Of a stretch of DNA of 55,584 nt, positions 37,415 to 46,860 are shown in pieces; position 1 is the first letter of the stretch; every line of letters begins with the position of its first letter. The translations under genes and the position numbers were made by a program. Source of the DNA: an uncultured virus (IMG/VR IMGVR_UViG_3300042673_000573) (Duplodnaviria > Heunggongvirae > Uroviricota > Caudoviricetes); the IMG/VR virus record IMGVR_UViG_3300042673_000573. One strand, given 5' to 3'. The notes below the pieces were generated by a model, which worked only from the letters and a program-made list of their open reading frames with translations, did no database searches and had not been told where the DNA came from.

Positions 37415-37590
37415 TGATTACTCTTACACTTACATCTTACAATGGTAACACTAAGAAAATGCCTTTCGTTACCGAACAAAAATTGCGTGAGTTTATCTCT
37501 GCGCTACCTTCACAATTAAATAAATCAACAACTCTAAAAGTAGAGTGCGACCTGTTAGCAATTAACGGAATTATTAGAGGGGAAAAATAA
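37414..37590 (+). CDS. Small hypothetical protein (paralog of 36509..36697)
   Basis: MITLTLTSYNGNTKKMPF...; TAATG coupling. Confidence 0.65.
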   Translation: MITLTLTSYNGNTKKMPFVTEQKLREFISALPSQLNKSTTLKVECDLLAINGIIRGEK

Positions 37591-38629
37591 ATGAGTATTT
37601 GGACTAAGTTCGCTACTGTAAGCGATTACCCTAAAGGCTTAATGAACCTATGCCCTTGCGGTCAGGTTGTATTAGCCCCCGCCCTGTATCACGAAGGGCA
37701 ACCTTATTGGGAAAATCCTAATAAGTGTAAAGAATTATTCGAAGGAGTAAAATAATGAGTACCTATGTAAGCCTCGCCTCTGTATGTGGCGCAACATCAG
37801 CAAGCGTTGATGTCTATGACTTAGACCTTAACCCTCACGGCGTTATCTGTTGCGATAACTGTGAGTCAATTATTCTATGCCGTAAGGCTTGGGACTTTCT
37901 CTATAAGGTAGGTAAGTAATGATAAAAGATGAATTGCGTGATGAAGCAGTTAAATTAGCAAAAGAAAAATACGGTGATAACTGGTTAGCAGGTCTATGGG
38001 GTTGCGCTGGTGTATTGCTAACAGAAAAAGATTTTAAAGTTATAATTAGCGTAATGGAGAAATAAAATGAAAACACTTCAAGAAAAACTTGACGCAGTAG
38101 CGTTAGAATTAGAGCCAGTACTTTGGGATTTACTAAATGAAATTGAGGAAAAATAAATGAGTAACTTTTTTATTAGCGGTAACGCATTGTTTTGGTTTTC
38201 TTTTATTTGCTTATTCTATGGATCTTATTTATTCGTGAAGGGCGAATAAAAAAACCTAGCAAAAAGTTATCCACAGGGGTGTGTATAACTAATGTGAGAT
38301 TAATCACATACGACACGCCGTGTTTAGATTTGACTTTTTGACATTTCTTTGCTATACTTACATAGTAAGAACAATTAAATAAAGACATTAGCCAATGAGC
38401 CTAAGCAAATAAGTGTGAGATAAATCACAATGAGCCTTAGCAAATAAGTGGCAAAAATGTCAGCCCCCCCTGATAGGATAGTATTATCACTTAAAGAAAG
38501 GTCAGAATAAATGACACTTGAAGAATACAAGCAAATGGTAGAGGCTCAACGCCTTGCCTCATTAGGTAAAGGCTTAGAAGCCCTACTGAAATCAAAAGCA
38601 ATACAAGAACAAATGAAAGAAGGCAAATA

Positions 38630-38839
38630 ATGTCAGCAAATGTTTATACAATCGAAAACCTACTTGTAGGAAAAACTTATCACTCAAAAACTCTAAAGGG
38701 TGAAATTATCTCAGCAGAAAAGTCTGATGTCTGGTACGCAGATTGCGAGTCTTATCGTGTTAAGGTACGCCCTCACTATCCCTCAGTATTTAATCTAAAA
38801 GATACATACCGAATACTTGCCGTAAAGGTTGGTGACTAA
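38630..38839 (+). CDS. Hypothetical protein
   Basis: ORF with RBS, coupled to upstream ORF. Confidence 0.65.
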   Translation: MSANVYTIENLLVGKTYHSKTLKGEIISAEKSDVWYADCESYRVKVRPHYPSVFNLKDTYRILAVKVGD

Positions 38840-39001
38840 ATGATAAACTCAGTTATGTCGATACCCTGCGAGGAATGCCACTCAACAGGTTTAATCTTTT
38901 TTGGCGATAATGATAATTTTGATGTCGAAACTTGTGAATGCGATTTTGGCATTGAGCAAGACCTAAACCAATTTAACAACTAAAGAATAGGAAATAAATA
39001 A

Positions 39002-39208
39002 ATGATAAAAGTAGAACACAAACTCCGTTTCGTTACCGAATTTGATGAGACTCATCCAATAGCACAAGAATTCTTGCGCCTTGATGAAGTTTCTCAAATT
39101 CATCTTTTAGAATCAATGCTAAAAGATTTACTAACTCCAAAACTAAAACCAGTGCTTGATGAAATCAATGCTAACGGGTCCTACGCAATTCTAAAGGTGG
39201 CCGAATAA
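39002..39208 (+). CDS. Hypothetical protein
   Basis: ORF in operon. Confidence 0.65.
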   Translation: MIKVEHKLRFVTEFDETHPIAQEFLRLDEVSQIHLLESMLKDLLTPKLKPVLDEINANGSYAILKVAE

Positions 39209-39296
39209 TGAGCGACTATTTAGACTACATTGATGAAATCTATGAAGAATTGGTAGATGAATTTGGACACGAATCAGAAAGCGAGTGTACTCACAA

Positions 39297-39488
39297 ATGA
39301 TGACACGAAAAGACTATGTCGCAACTGCTGAAATTCTAAAAAGTTATTCAGATTTAATTGACCAATTTACTTTTGAAGATTTAATCTATGACTTTTCAGA
39401 TATGTTTTTATCAGATAACCCACGCTTTAACCCAATGACTTTTAAAATTGCGTGTGGTGTAAATGATTTAGCAAATAGTAATTCATAA
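39297..39488 (+). CDS. Hypothetical protein
   Basis: MTRKDY...DNPRFN...F..ACG pattern. Confidence 0.65.
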   Translation: MMTRKDYVATAEILKSYSDLIDQFTFEDLIYDFSDMFLSDNPRFNPMTFKIACGVNDLANSNS

Positions 39489-40041
39489 TAAATAAAAATC
39501 CTGAGCAAGATCTAAAACTGCTCAAATTTTTTCTAGGCAATTTACCTAGCGTGTCGTCCACAGGTTATCCACAAGTCATTTAAGAAGTTATTTACGACAC
39601 GCCCGAAATTTTGTGAGTTTTATCACATAGGTTGAGCGTCTTACTATTTGGAATTACTCGCCAGTAGGTAGATAAATGTCAGCCGAAGATGATAGGATTA
39701 CATAGTAATAAGATAAAGAAAGAAGGCAGAAATGACCTCAGTAATAATAGACCAAAATGAGTTTTATCTCATTAAAGATGAAATGCGTTTTTGTTGTGAT
39801 GAGTCACAATTTAAATACATTTGTAAAGCACACGGCGAAAGTATGGGTTGCTACTTTTGCGAATTTGATTACTCTAATGATTGCGAGGAACAACACTAAT
39901 GGGATACATTGAGATTTTTAGAATTGACAACGAAGGCGCAGGTTGGGTAGACTTGGAGCAAGCCACGCCAGATGAGTTATTTAAGTTAGAGGTTGGATTA
40001 CTTAATGAAGGCGCACTATTTACAACTAAGGAGAACGACTA

Positions 40042-40263
40042 ATGGAAAATGAATACCTATACGCAGTAACAGTATCGTATGACAGTAAGCCCGTACATTG
40101 GACAGGGCGTTACTCAGACGCAGTATCCGCAGTTAGCGTGTTTAATAGTTTTGAGGATTGGGGATTTGCTGATGAATACTCAACAGTTAATTTCTCAGAG
40201 CCTTCAGGAAAATTACACACTAAGACTTTCTATCGTGAAGGCAGAAGGGTAGTGAGTAAGTAA
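40042..40263 (+). CDS. Hypothetical protein
   Basis: AAGGAG RBS. Confidence 0.65.
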   Translation: MENEYLYAVTVSYDSKPVHWTGRYSDAVSAVSVFNSFEDWGFADEYSTVNFSEPSGKLHTKTFYREGRRVVSK

Positions 40264-40430
40264 TGGAAATTTTTGAGTTTAATACTTTCATAAATGTCGA
40301 GGCTGAATCCTACGATGAGGCTATTGATACATTTCAATTCCAATTAAAGTATGGAATAAATAAAGATAATGTCTATGTCGCAGACATAAATCAATTAACT
40401 AACAACAACGAAAGCGTAGAGGTATAAATA

Positions 40431-40718
40431 ATGGGAAGCGTAACAGCAATTGGATTAGCAGATAGCGTTTTAGATTTAGAAACACAATTAGCCTATCACT
40501 TACAGGGTAATCACTACCCACCCGTACCACTTTCTATGGTACAACCTTGTATTGATGCTATTGACGCATACTATGATGAGGACTATGATAGATTTATTGC
40601 TATGCCCGAAGGCGTATTCTATAAGGGTATGAGCCACGCACCTGCCCACGCTATTGTAGACCAACACCACCTATCTTGGTTTATTGACCCAGTAGACGAA
40701 TACGAGGATGAAGACTAA
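40431..40718 (+). CDS. Hypothetical protein (HLQGNHYPP motif)
   Basis: ORF with GAGG RBS. Confidence 0.7.
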   Translation: MGSVTAIGLADSVLDLETQLAYHLQGNHYPPVPLSMVQPCIDAIDAYYDEDYDRFIAMPEGVFYKGMSHAPAHAIVDQHHLSWFIDPVDEYEDED

Positions 40719-40847
40719 TGATGACTTTAGCCCCCATAGATAAATGCCCTTGCGTTAAACACGATTGTAAGAATCAAGATGATTACACAAAAATGGAAGA
40801 CACTTGCGAAGAGTGTTTTATGGATTGCGTAGAGATGGATGGATAAA

Positions 40848-41093
40848 ATGTCTGATACAATGAAAACTATGGAATTGATCAAAGCCGATAACTTAACACC
40901 AGACCAACTAATGCTTGGTGATTTAATTAAAATTGGTGATGACATCGTTGAAGTTATTTTTATTGAAAGTGATTCTACTGGAGATAACTATGACATTGAA
41001 ATAGAAAATGAGTTTGGCGAAAGAGAAGTTAATCAGTATAGTTACACTGATACAATTCCTCTCTATGTTTTTGTAGATGAGTCTGACGAGTAA
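40848..41093 (+). CDS. Hypothetical SH3-like small protein
   Basis: QLMLGDLIKIGD beta-rich; start uncertain. Confidence 0.55.
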   Translation: MSDTMKTMELIKADNLTPDQLMLGDLIKIGDDIVEVIFIESDSTGDNYDIEIENEFGEREVNQYSYTDTIPLYVFVDESDE

Positions 41094-41525
41094 TAAGAAT
41101 TAATTTTGTGTGCTTCCCCGCACAAAATTTTCTAGCGTGTCGATGTGAGATTGATCACAGATTTAAGATTTGACATTTTAAGATGATGTATGCTAAGATT
41201 AGTTTATGACAACAAAGAAAAACGCTGAGGAATTACGCAGACTTATGGAACTCCGTAGGTCTAACGCTGCTTCTGCCGTACCTTCTAAAAAGGCTTACAA
41301 CCGTAAGAAATGTCAGTCCGAACTGCTACAATTAAAATATAACAACTAAGAAAGGTCGCCCCACTATGACATTCGAAAACGATGAAATCTATGATGAATA
41401 CTACGCAACAACCTGCCCTGAATGTAAAGAAAATGCCGTTGACGCATATGAAGAAAAGTGTACACACTGCTTACTTGAAGAAATGTCTTATACCTATAAT
41501 GAAGACATTGCCTTAGAGATGAGCC

Positions 41526-42266
41526 TTGGCCTTGACTACTAATACCCTTAAACTAAAAAGATCTAACGATAGAAAGGTGGCTAACCTTGTCACAAAAAAT
41601 GGAAAGCAAGCCGCAATTGCCAACACTTTTGGATTACCTGCTGGAAAGGCTTACTCGTGCCCTGGTGCTACCAGTGTTTGTGAAAGTGTTTGCTACGCAG
41701 GAAAACTTGAAAAAGTCTTCCCTTCAGTAAAGGTTAATCTATTACACAATTGGTCCCTGCTAAAAGACGCAGACTATTTAACTATGCTTAATTTAATTAG
41801 TGAGATGATTGCTGATTTTAAGGCTGATTGTATAAAGAAAGACGCCCCTATGCTATTTCGCATTCATTGGGACGGTGACTTCTTTAACGATACTTATACC
41901 ACTGCCTGGTCCGATGTAATCAAACTTAATCCTGATATTCAATTCTGGGTTTACACTCGTGTTAAGTCTGCTGCTCTCATCCTTAAGGATATTGAAAACC
42001 TGTCTCTTTACTTTAGCACTGATAGTGAGAATGTAAAAACTGGTGTTGATCTAAAAATTAATCAAGGTGTTCGTTTAGCATACCTTGCTAAGAATTTTGC
42101 TATTGGCCAAACAGATATGAAAGAAATGATTGGTAAGCCTGGTGCTAAGTGTCCTGAAAATCTAAAATCAATTCCACTTATCTCAACTAATGGAAGCGCT
42201 TGCGTTTCTTGCGGATTGTGTGTATACTCTAAAGCAGACATAGTTTTTTCTGCTACTAAGAAATGA
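41526..42266 (+). CDS. Gp88-like Fe-S (radical-SAM-related) protein
   Basis: CPGATSVCESVCYA, FRIHWDGDF, FWVYTR, C-terminal CxxCxxC. Confidence 0.75.
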   Translation: MALTTNTLKLKRSNDRKVANLVTKNGKQAAIANTFGLPAGKAYSCPGATSVCESVCYAGKLEKVFPSVKVNLLHNWSLLKDADYLTMLNLISEMIADFKADCIKKDAPMLFRIHWDGDFFNDTYTTAWSDVIKLNPDIQFWVYTRVKSAALILKDIENLSLYFSTDSENVKTGVDLKINQGVRLAYLAKNFAIGQTDMKEMIGKPGAKCPENLKSIPLISTNGSACVSCGLCVYSKADIVFSATKK

Positions 42267-42595
42267 GATAAATGAAAATTGCATTTGTAATGATACTAAC
42301 ATATATAATCATAATTACTTTTTTTTCAAGTCCCCGCTGAAAAGTGGAGGGCCTAGAAAAATCCTAGCGCAAAACTTTTGGTTTGTCAAGCATTTAAGAT
42401 GTGTTTAAGATCACACCCAAAACCCCTCCCGATTTGACATTTATGACATTTTTGTGCTACACTTATACTATAAACAAAACAAGGTAAAACTAAATAAACA
42501 GTTTCACATAGTGAGATTATCAGATAATAATTTGATAAATGTCAGTAGGAAATGTTATACTTAGGTATTACCCAAACAGAAAAGGAAAAACAAAA

Positions 42596-42763
42596 ATGGC
42601 AGTAACAAACGCAACTTACAAGGTAGGCGACCTATACACTTCACAGAAGTCAAAGGTAACAGGCACTATCCAAGAAATCTCACCAAGCAAGGACGGACAA
42701 TCAGTTCGTATCAAGTTAGATGTCAATGGCGCAACACGCTACACAACTTGGACAGCCAAGTAA
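42596..42763 (+). CDS. Small hypothetical protein
   Basis: AAAGGA RBS before ATG 42596. Confidence 0.7.
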   Translation: MAVTNATYKVGDLYTSQKSKVTGTIQEISPSKDGQSVRIKLDVNGATRYTTWTAK

Positions 42764-42866
42764 TCTAATTACTTATTCCTGAGCAAGAATTAAAAAGGCT
42801 CACTTAAATGTCAGACCCCCACGCTATAATAGATAAATACCCCACAAACAGAAAAGAGATAAAAAG

Positions 42867-43289
42867 ATGGCAAGAGCAAAAGCAATAAATGTAAAAATCC
42901 CAACAGTTCGTGTAATCGCAGGATTAGAGGAAGCACTAACTAAGTTAGAGGCAGACTACGCAACACAAGAACAAAAAGAAGCAGAGTTCCAAACTGCTTA
43001 CAAGGCTTGGCAGACAGAATTGGGAAATTGGGCTATTGCTCATTTCTCAAATGCTGAAAACCTCCGCACCAACTATCGTTCTTGGTCAGAAACACTAAAT
43101 GTTGATTTTGACATCAAGACAAAGGAAACAGACTTTCCAACAGAACCTGAAAAGGATTTTGAGGTTATTCACGGAAGCACCTACCGAGAGTCTAAGAAAG
43201 AAATTGCTAACGCAATTCGTATTCTAAAGATGACAGATGAGGAAACAGTAAATACCTCAACCTACAACGCAATCGCTCAGTATCTATAA
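42867..43289 (+). CDS. Hypothetical protein
   Basis: ORF behind a TGTCAG promoter. Confidence 0.75.
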   Translation: MARAKAINVKIPTVRVIAGLEEALTKLEADYATQEQKEAEFQTAYKAWQTELGNWAIAHFSNAENLRTNYRSWSETLNVDFDIKTKETDFPTEPEKDFEVIHGSTYRESKKEIANAIRILKMTDEETVNTSTYNAIAQYL

Positions 43290-43571
43290 TTAGATACAAC
43301 TCCTGAGTATGAGTCTAAACTGCTCAACCACGACCACAGAAATGCGTGGCTAAATAAATAGAGTGGAGAATTCGCCAGGCTGATTAGGGCGATCATAGAA
43401 ATACTATAGAGCGTCTACCCCTTAGACTGGATGGGGGACCAGTTCACACCAACTGTCAAATGAGGTGTAACTACCTGAGTAAGTATCAAAACTGCTCCCC
43501 GCAAGGGTCCTTGACAATTGTCAGTGGCCAGTAGTATAATTAAATTAACCAACTAACAGAAAGAGGCCCCC

Positions 43572-43991
43572 GTGGACCAACCAGTAATAGATAATCACTA
43601 TATGACACGAGAGTTTTTAGAAACAACTCTTGTACAAAACAAAGAACGCATTCAACAACTTGAGGAGCACATCCAAAAAGTAACTCAGCGCTCATATCAA
43701 GATTCTGCAGATAAGAATCGTATGGTTGAATCAATGCAAGAGTGGACCCTTGGAGAATTAGAAAACCAAGACATCACAGAAGAGCAAGCCGAAGCAATTG
43801 CAGAAATTATGGGCTTTGAATTAACAAAAGAATTCGAAGTTGAAGTTACTGTTATGTACTCAGTGACTGTTAATGCTCGTACAGAAGAAGACGCAACAAA
43901 TGCAATTCACGATATTGATTTTGATACTGTTGATTACAATTCAGATTCAATTGCTTATTTGTCATCATCAATTGACAGAGTGGATATTTAG
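43572..43991 (+). CDS. Hypothetical acidic protein
   Basis: AGAGG RBS, GTG start. Confidence 0.7.
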   Translation: MDQPVIDNHYMTREFLETTLVQNKERIQQLEEHIQKVTQRSYQDSADKNRMVESMQEWTLGELENQDITEEQAEAIAEIMGFELTKEFEVEVTVMYSVTVNARTEEDATNAIHDIDFDTVDYNSDSIAYLSSSIDRVDI

Positions 43992-44203
43992 TAGGGGGCT
44001 ACTAATAAACCTGAGCACGTTTAAAAACTGCTCACCTTTTAATTCCCTCAAAATTTTCCTAGCGTGTCGGTGTGATATTTATCACATATGTTTAAGATCA
44101 CATTTAAAAAATGTCCGAATTGCCCTATGTCTGGCTATACGATTTGACTTTTGTCAGCCTATGGGTGTATGATTAGATTATCAACAACAGAAAGAAGGAA
44201 ATC

Positions 44204-45226
44204 GTGGCTCACGATATTGAAACTCAAAACGGCAAGGCATCATTCGCATCATTCCGTGAACCTGCTTGGCACGGATTAGGTACAGTCTTTACAGAAGAAA
44301 AGACAACCGCAGAAATGTTGGAAGCAGCAAATCTAAATGGTTGGAATGTTCGTCTTGAAGATTTAGAAGCACCTACACACTTAACAAGCGATAAGCAATA
44401 CCAATATGTATTGCGTACAAATCCTACAGATAACGCTCAGACCGACATTCTTGGAATTGTTGGCGAACGCTATCACCCACTACAGAATGAAGATTTATTC
44501 TCATTCGGTGACAATATTCTTGACGGCGGGGGTCGTTGGGAAACGGCTGGCTCAATCAAGGGTGGTCGTGTTGTATTCGGTGCTTTAGCATTAGAGCGTG
44601 AAACAATTCTTGACCCTAACGGCGTGAGCGATAAGGTAAAAACTTATTTGCTCATCAACACATCACACGACGGCTCGATTGCTATTCAAGCAAGTATCAC
44701 ACCAGTTCGTGTTGTATGCGCTAACACTCTTAACCTTGCTCTTGGTGGCGTAGGTCGTAAGAAGAATAAGGGCATCAAGCAATCTTTCAAGATTCGCCAC
44801 ACACAGACCGCTAACGGCAAGGTACAAATTGCTCGTGAAACTCTTGGTCTTGCTAATGCTTATATGGACGAATTTGATATTATGGCTAAGGCTATGATTG
44901 AAAAAGAAGTTTCTGCTAAGCAATTCAATGACATCATTCTTGCTGCTTATGCTAAGCCAGAAAAAGATTCTAAGGGTTCAATGAAAAAGTGGGAAAATAA
45001 AGTTGATGTCATCAACGATATTTACACTGGTGAATTTAACGGAATGATTGCTGGTAATGCGTGGGGTGCTTTCAATGCGCTAACTGAACGCCTTGACTGG
45101 TATCGTTCTGCTCGTGGTGGTTCTAACGAATCCATTCTCGCATCAGCATCAGGATTTGACCCTGCTATTAACGCAGAAAAAAATCGTTTGCTAAAAGTTG
45201 TACAAAATGTTATGTCCTTAGCATAA
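44204..45226 (+). CDS. DUF932-family phage/plasmid protein
   Basis: MAH...PAWHGLG, WETAGSIKGG, NTSHDGS, TPVRVVCANTL, IRHT, WGAFNALTE. Confidence 0.85.
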   Translation: MAHDIETQNGKASFASFREPAWHGLGTVFTEEKTTAEMLEAANLNGWNVRLEDLEAPTHLTSDKQYQYVLRTNPTDNAQTDILGIVGERYHPLQNEDLFSFGDNILDGGGRWETAGSIKGGRVVFGALALERETILDPNGVSDKVKTYLLINTSHDGSIAIQASITPVRVVCANTLNLALGGVGRKKNKGIKQSFKIRHTQTANGKVQIARETLGLANAYMDEFDIMAKAMIEKEVSAKQFNDIILAAYAKPEKDSKGSMKKWENKVDVINDIYTGEFNGMIAGNAWGAFNALTERLDWYRSARGGSNESILASASGFDPAINAEKNRLLKVVQNVMSLA

Positions 45227-45268
45227 CAAAAAATTCCTGAGCAAGAATTAAAACTGCTCTCCATAACT

Positions 45269-45342
45269 GGAGTGTTAGCATAGTTGGTTAATGCGCTACC
45301 CTGTCACGGTAGAGATCACGGGTTCAAGTCCCGTACACTTCG
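45269..45342 (+). tRNA. tRNA-Asp (GTC)
   Basis: Acceptor GGAGTGT/ACACTTC, anticodon arm CTACC-CTGTCAC-GGTAG, T arm ACGGG-TTCAAGT-CCCGT. Confidence 0.9.
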
Positions 45343-45495
45343 CAAAATTTCCTAGTAAAAATATTTCTAGCGGTGTGACATTTATCACATTCTTTATTAA
45401 GATGATCAATAATATTTCCCTGATTTAGGATTAAGATGGACTTGACATTTCCCCCAAACCTTCCATTTGTCAGTCCCCTACGCTACAATTAAGAT

Positions 45496-45714
45496 ATGAC
45501 CAAACAAGTGGCAATATATGAAATGAACTACTCCTGCTCTCCTGGTGGCGTTGACTGCTGGGAAGCAACCATTCAAGGTTATGGGGAGAGCACTACCGCC
45601 TCTGACTTTAAGACTGCTGGACAGGCCCTTAATTGGGTGCTTGACAGATACCCTGACGAAATGTTAGAATTAGTAGTAACCTCACTTCCAGCCTACGAAA
45701 AGGAATATGTATGA
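45496..45714 (+). CDS. Hypothetical protein (leaderless)
   Basis: ATG 6 nt after TACAAT. Confidence 0.65.
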   Translation: MTKQVAIYEMNYSCSPGGVDCWEATIQGYGESTTASDFKTAGQALNWVLDRYPDEMLELVVTSLPAYEKEYV

Positions 45715-45941
45715 CCCAAACAGTATTAGACCCAATGCTACAAGACTACTACTCTTGCGACCTTGCTATCTCTATTACAAATATCAAGGCTAAGAATAGA
45801 CACCACGCAGAAGCCGTTATGCAAACCTTCATAGATGAGATTGCTAAAGTAATGAATGATGAACTTAGTTGGGATGACGCCCAATGGGATATACAAGAAA
45901 ATGTTTTCCTACCTGAGTTAGGTGAGTGGCATACAAAGTGA
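45711..45941 (+). CDS. Hypothetical protein
   Basis: AAGGA RBS, ATGA overlap. Confidence 0.65.
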   Translation: MTQTVLDPMLQDYYSCDLAISITNIKAKNRHHAEAVMQTFIDEIAKVMNDELSWDDAQWDIQENVFLPELGEWHTK

Positions 45942-46241
45942 ATACCATTGACGACCTAATCAATGAAATATATGAAAGCAATTACTCTCACTTAGAGTTT
46001 GAGGAAAATATGGGTGGAGAGGCTTGCGACTGCCATATCCACACTACACTTAATACTATCGCACATTACGCAGGAATAGAGGTAGGCTAATGTTAGGATA
46101 TACTGAAACTGATATTGCAGTAATGACAGATGCTATGGAAGATGCTATCAAATCAGGTAGACTCTCAGATGAGATAACAGATGGTTTGGAGAAGGCTATG
46201 TCCTTCTTTGATGGCCTATGGTCAGAAGGGTACTTTGACTA

Positions 46242-46448
46242 ATGAAAGTTAGAATCAGTCTTGAACAAACCATAGATATAGATGATGCTATGTCTAATGA
46301 TATAGGGTTTGAACTATACGGTCCACCTGATATGAGCACGGAAGATAAAGTAGATTATCTAATGGCTCGATTTGCTGAGGACATAGATACTATGGTAAAG
46401 TATGATGAAGTCTTGGGCAACATCTCAGTAGAATACATAGAGGACTAA
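46242..46448 (+). CDS. Hypothetical acidic protein
   Basis: TAATG coupled ORF. Confidence 0.6.
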   Translation: MKVRISLEQTIDIDDAMSNDIGFELYGPPDMSTEDKVDYLMARFAEDIDTMVKYDEVLGNISVEYIED

Positions 46449-46636
46449 TGAACATTGAATCCCGTGAAATTACATACCGCACCATTGTTGAGCAAATCTT
46501 CTTTGAGGACGGCACAGAGTTAGTAGTAACAACTGGCTGGCCTGAAGGTGGCGGTGGAGACTTTGATGTTAAATTAGACTGGGTAGAAGGCGAAGCGCCT
46601 GAATGGGCAAAGGAGTATGTTCACAATGTGGAGTAA
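46448..46636 (+). CDS. Hypothetical protein
   Basis: TAATG coupled ORF. Confidence 0.6.
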   Translation: MNIESREITYRTIVEQIFFEDGTELVVTTGWPEGGGGDFDVKLDWVEGEAPEWAKEYVHNVE

Positions 46637-46856
46637 GTATACATTTGTTTGCGATCCTGATGAGTGTGATGCTCTCATTCAATTTACCGCCAGGGATGGC
46701 TATGGATTCCCTAATGGATCTGTAGAGATGAGATGCCCTTGTGGTAGGAAGATGGCTTATATTAGTATTGAAGATGCTTGGGAGCCTATCATTACAGATG
46801 TGAGCAAGGTCACACCCCGTGAAGTTGTAAAAATAAACACGAACCCGTATAATTAA
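46617..46856 (+). CDS. Small zinc-ribbon-like protein
   Basis: CDPDEC...CPCG. Confidence 0.55.
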   Translation: MFTMWSKYTFVCDPDECDALIQFTARDGYGFPNGSVEMRCPCGRKMAYISIEDAWEPIITDVSKVTPREVVKINTNPYN

Positions 46857-46860
46857 TACT

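Larger units (their letters stand above)
37064..39573. promoter_or_regulatory. DnaA boxes
   Basis: TTATCCACA at 37064, 38267, 39565; inverted TGTGTATAA at 37079 and 38280. Confidence 0.7.
39498..45259 (+). ncRNA. Six copies of a candidate H-type pseudoknot RNA element (stem-CTGAGYAN-stem-AAA-GCTC)
   Basis: Copies at 39498, 42775, 43299, 43472, 44006, 45232; covarying 3-5 bp stem; constant 23-nt core. Confidence 0.65.
37108..46814. promoter_or_regulatory. Eight perfect CRP-type sites TGTGA-N6-TCACA
   Basis: Starts at 37108, 38293, 38414, 39612, 41144, 44071, 45374, 46799; near-matches at 37030, 37092, 42400. Confidence 0.8.

Noticed and set aside
39498..45259. CCTGAG...GCTC repeats as CRISPR repeats or hammerhead ribozymes
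   Set aside because: Spacing is hundreds to thousands of nt and encloses whole genes; the CUGAUGA...GAAA hammerhead core is absent.
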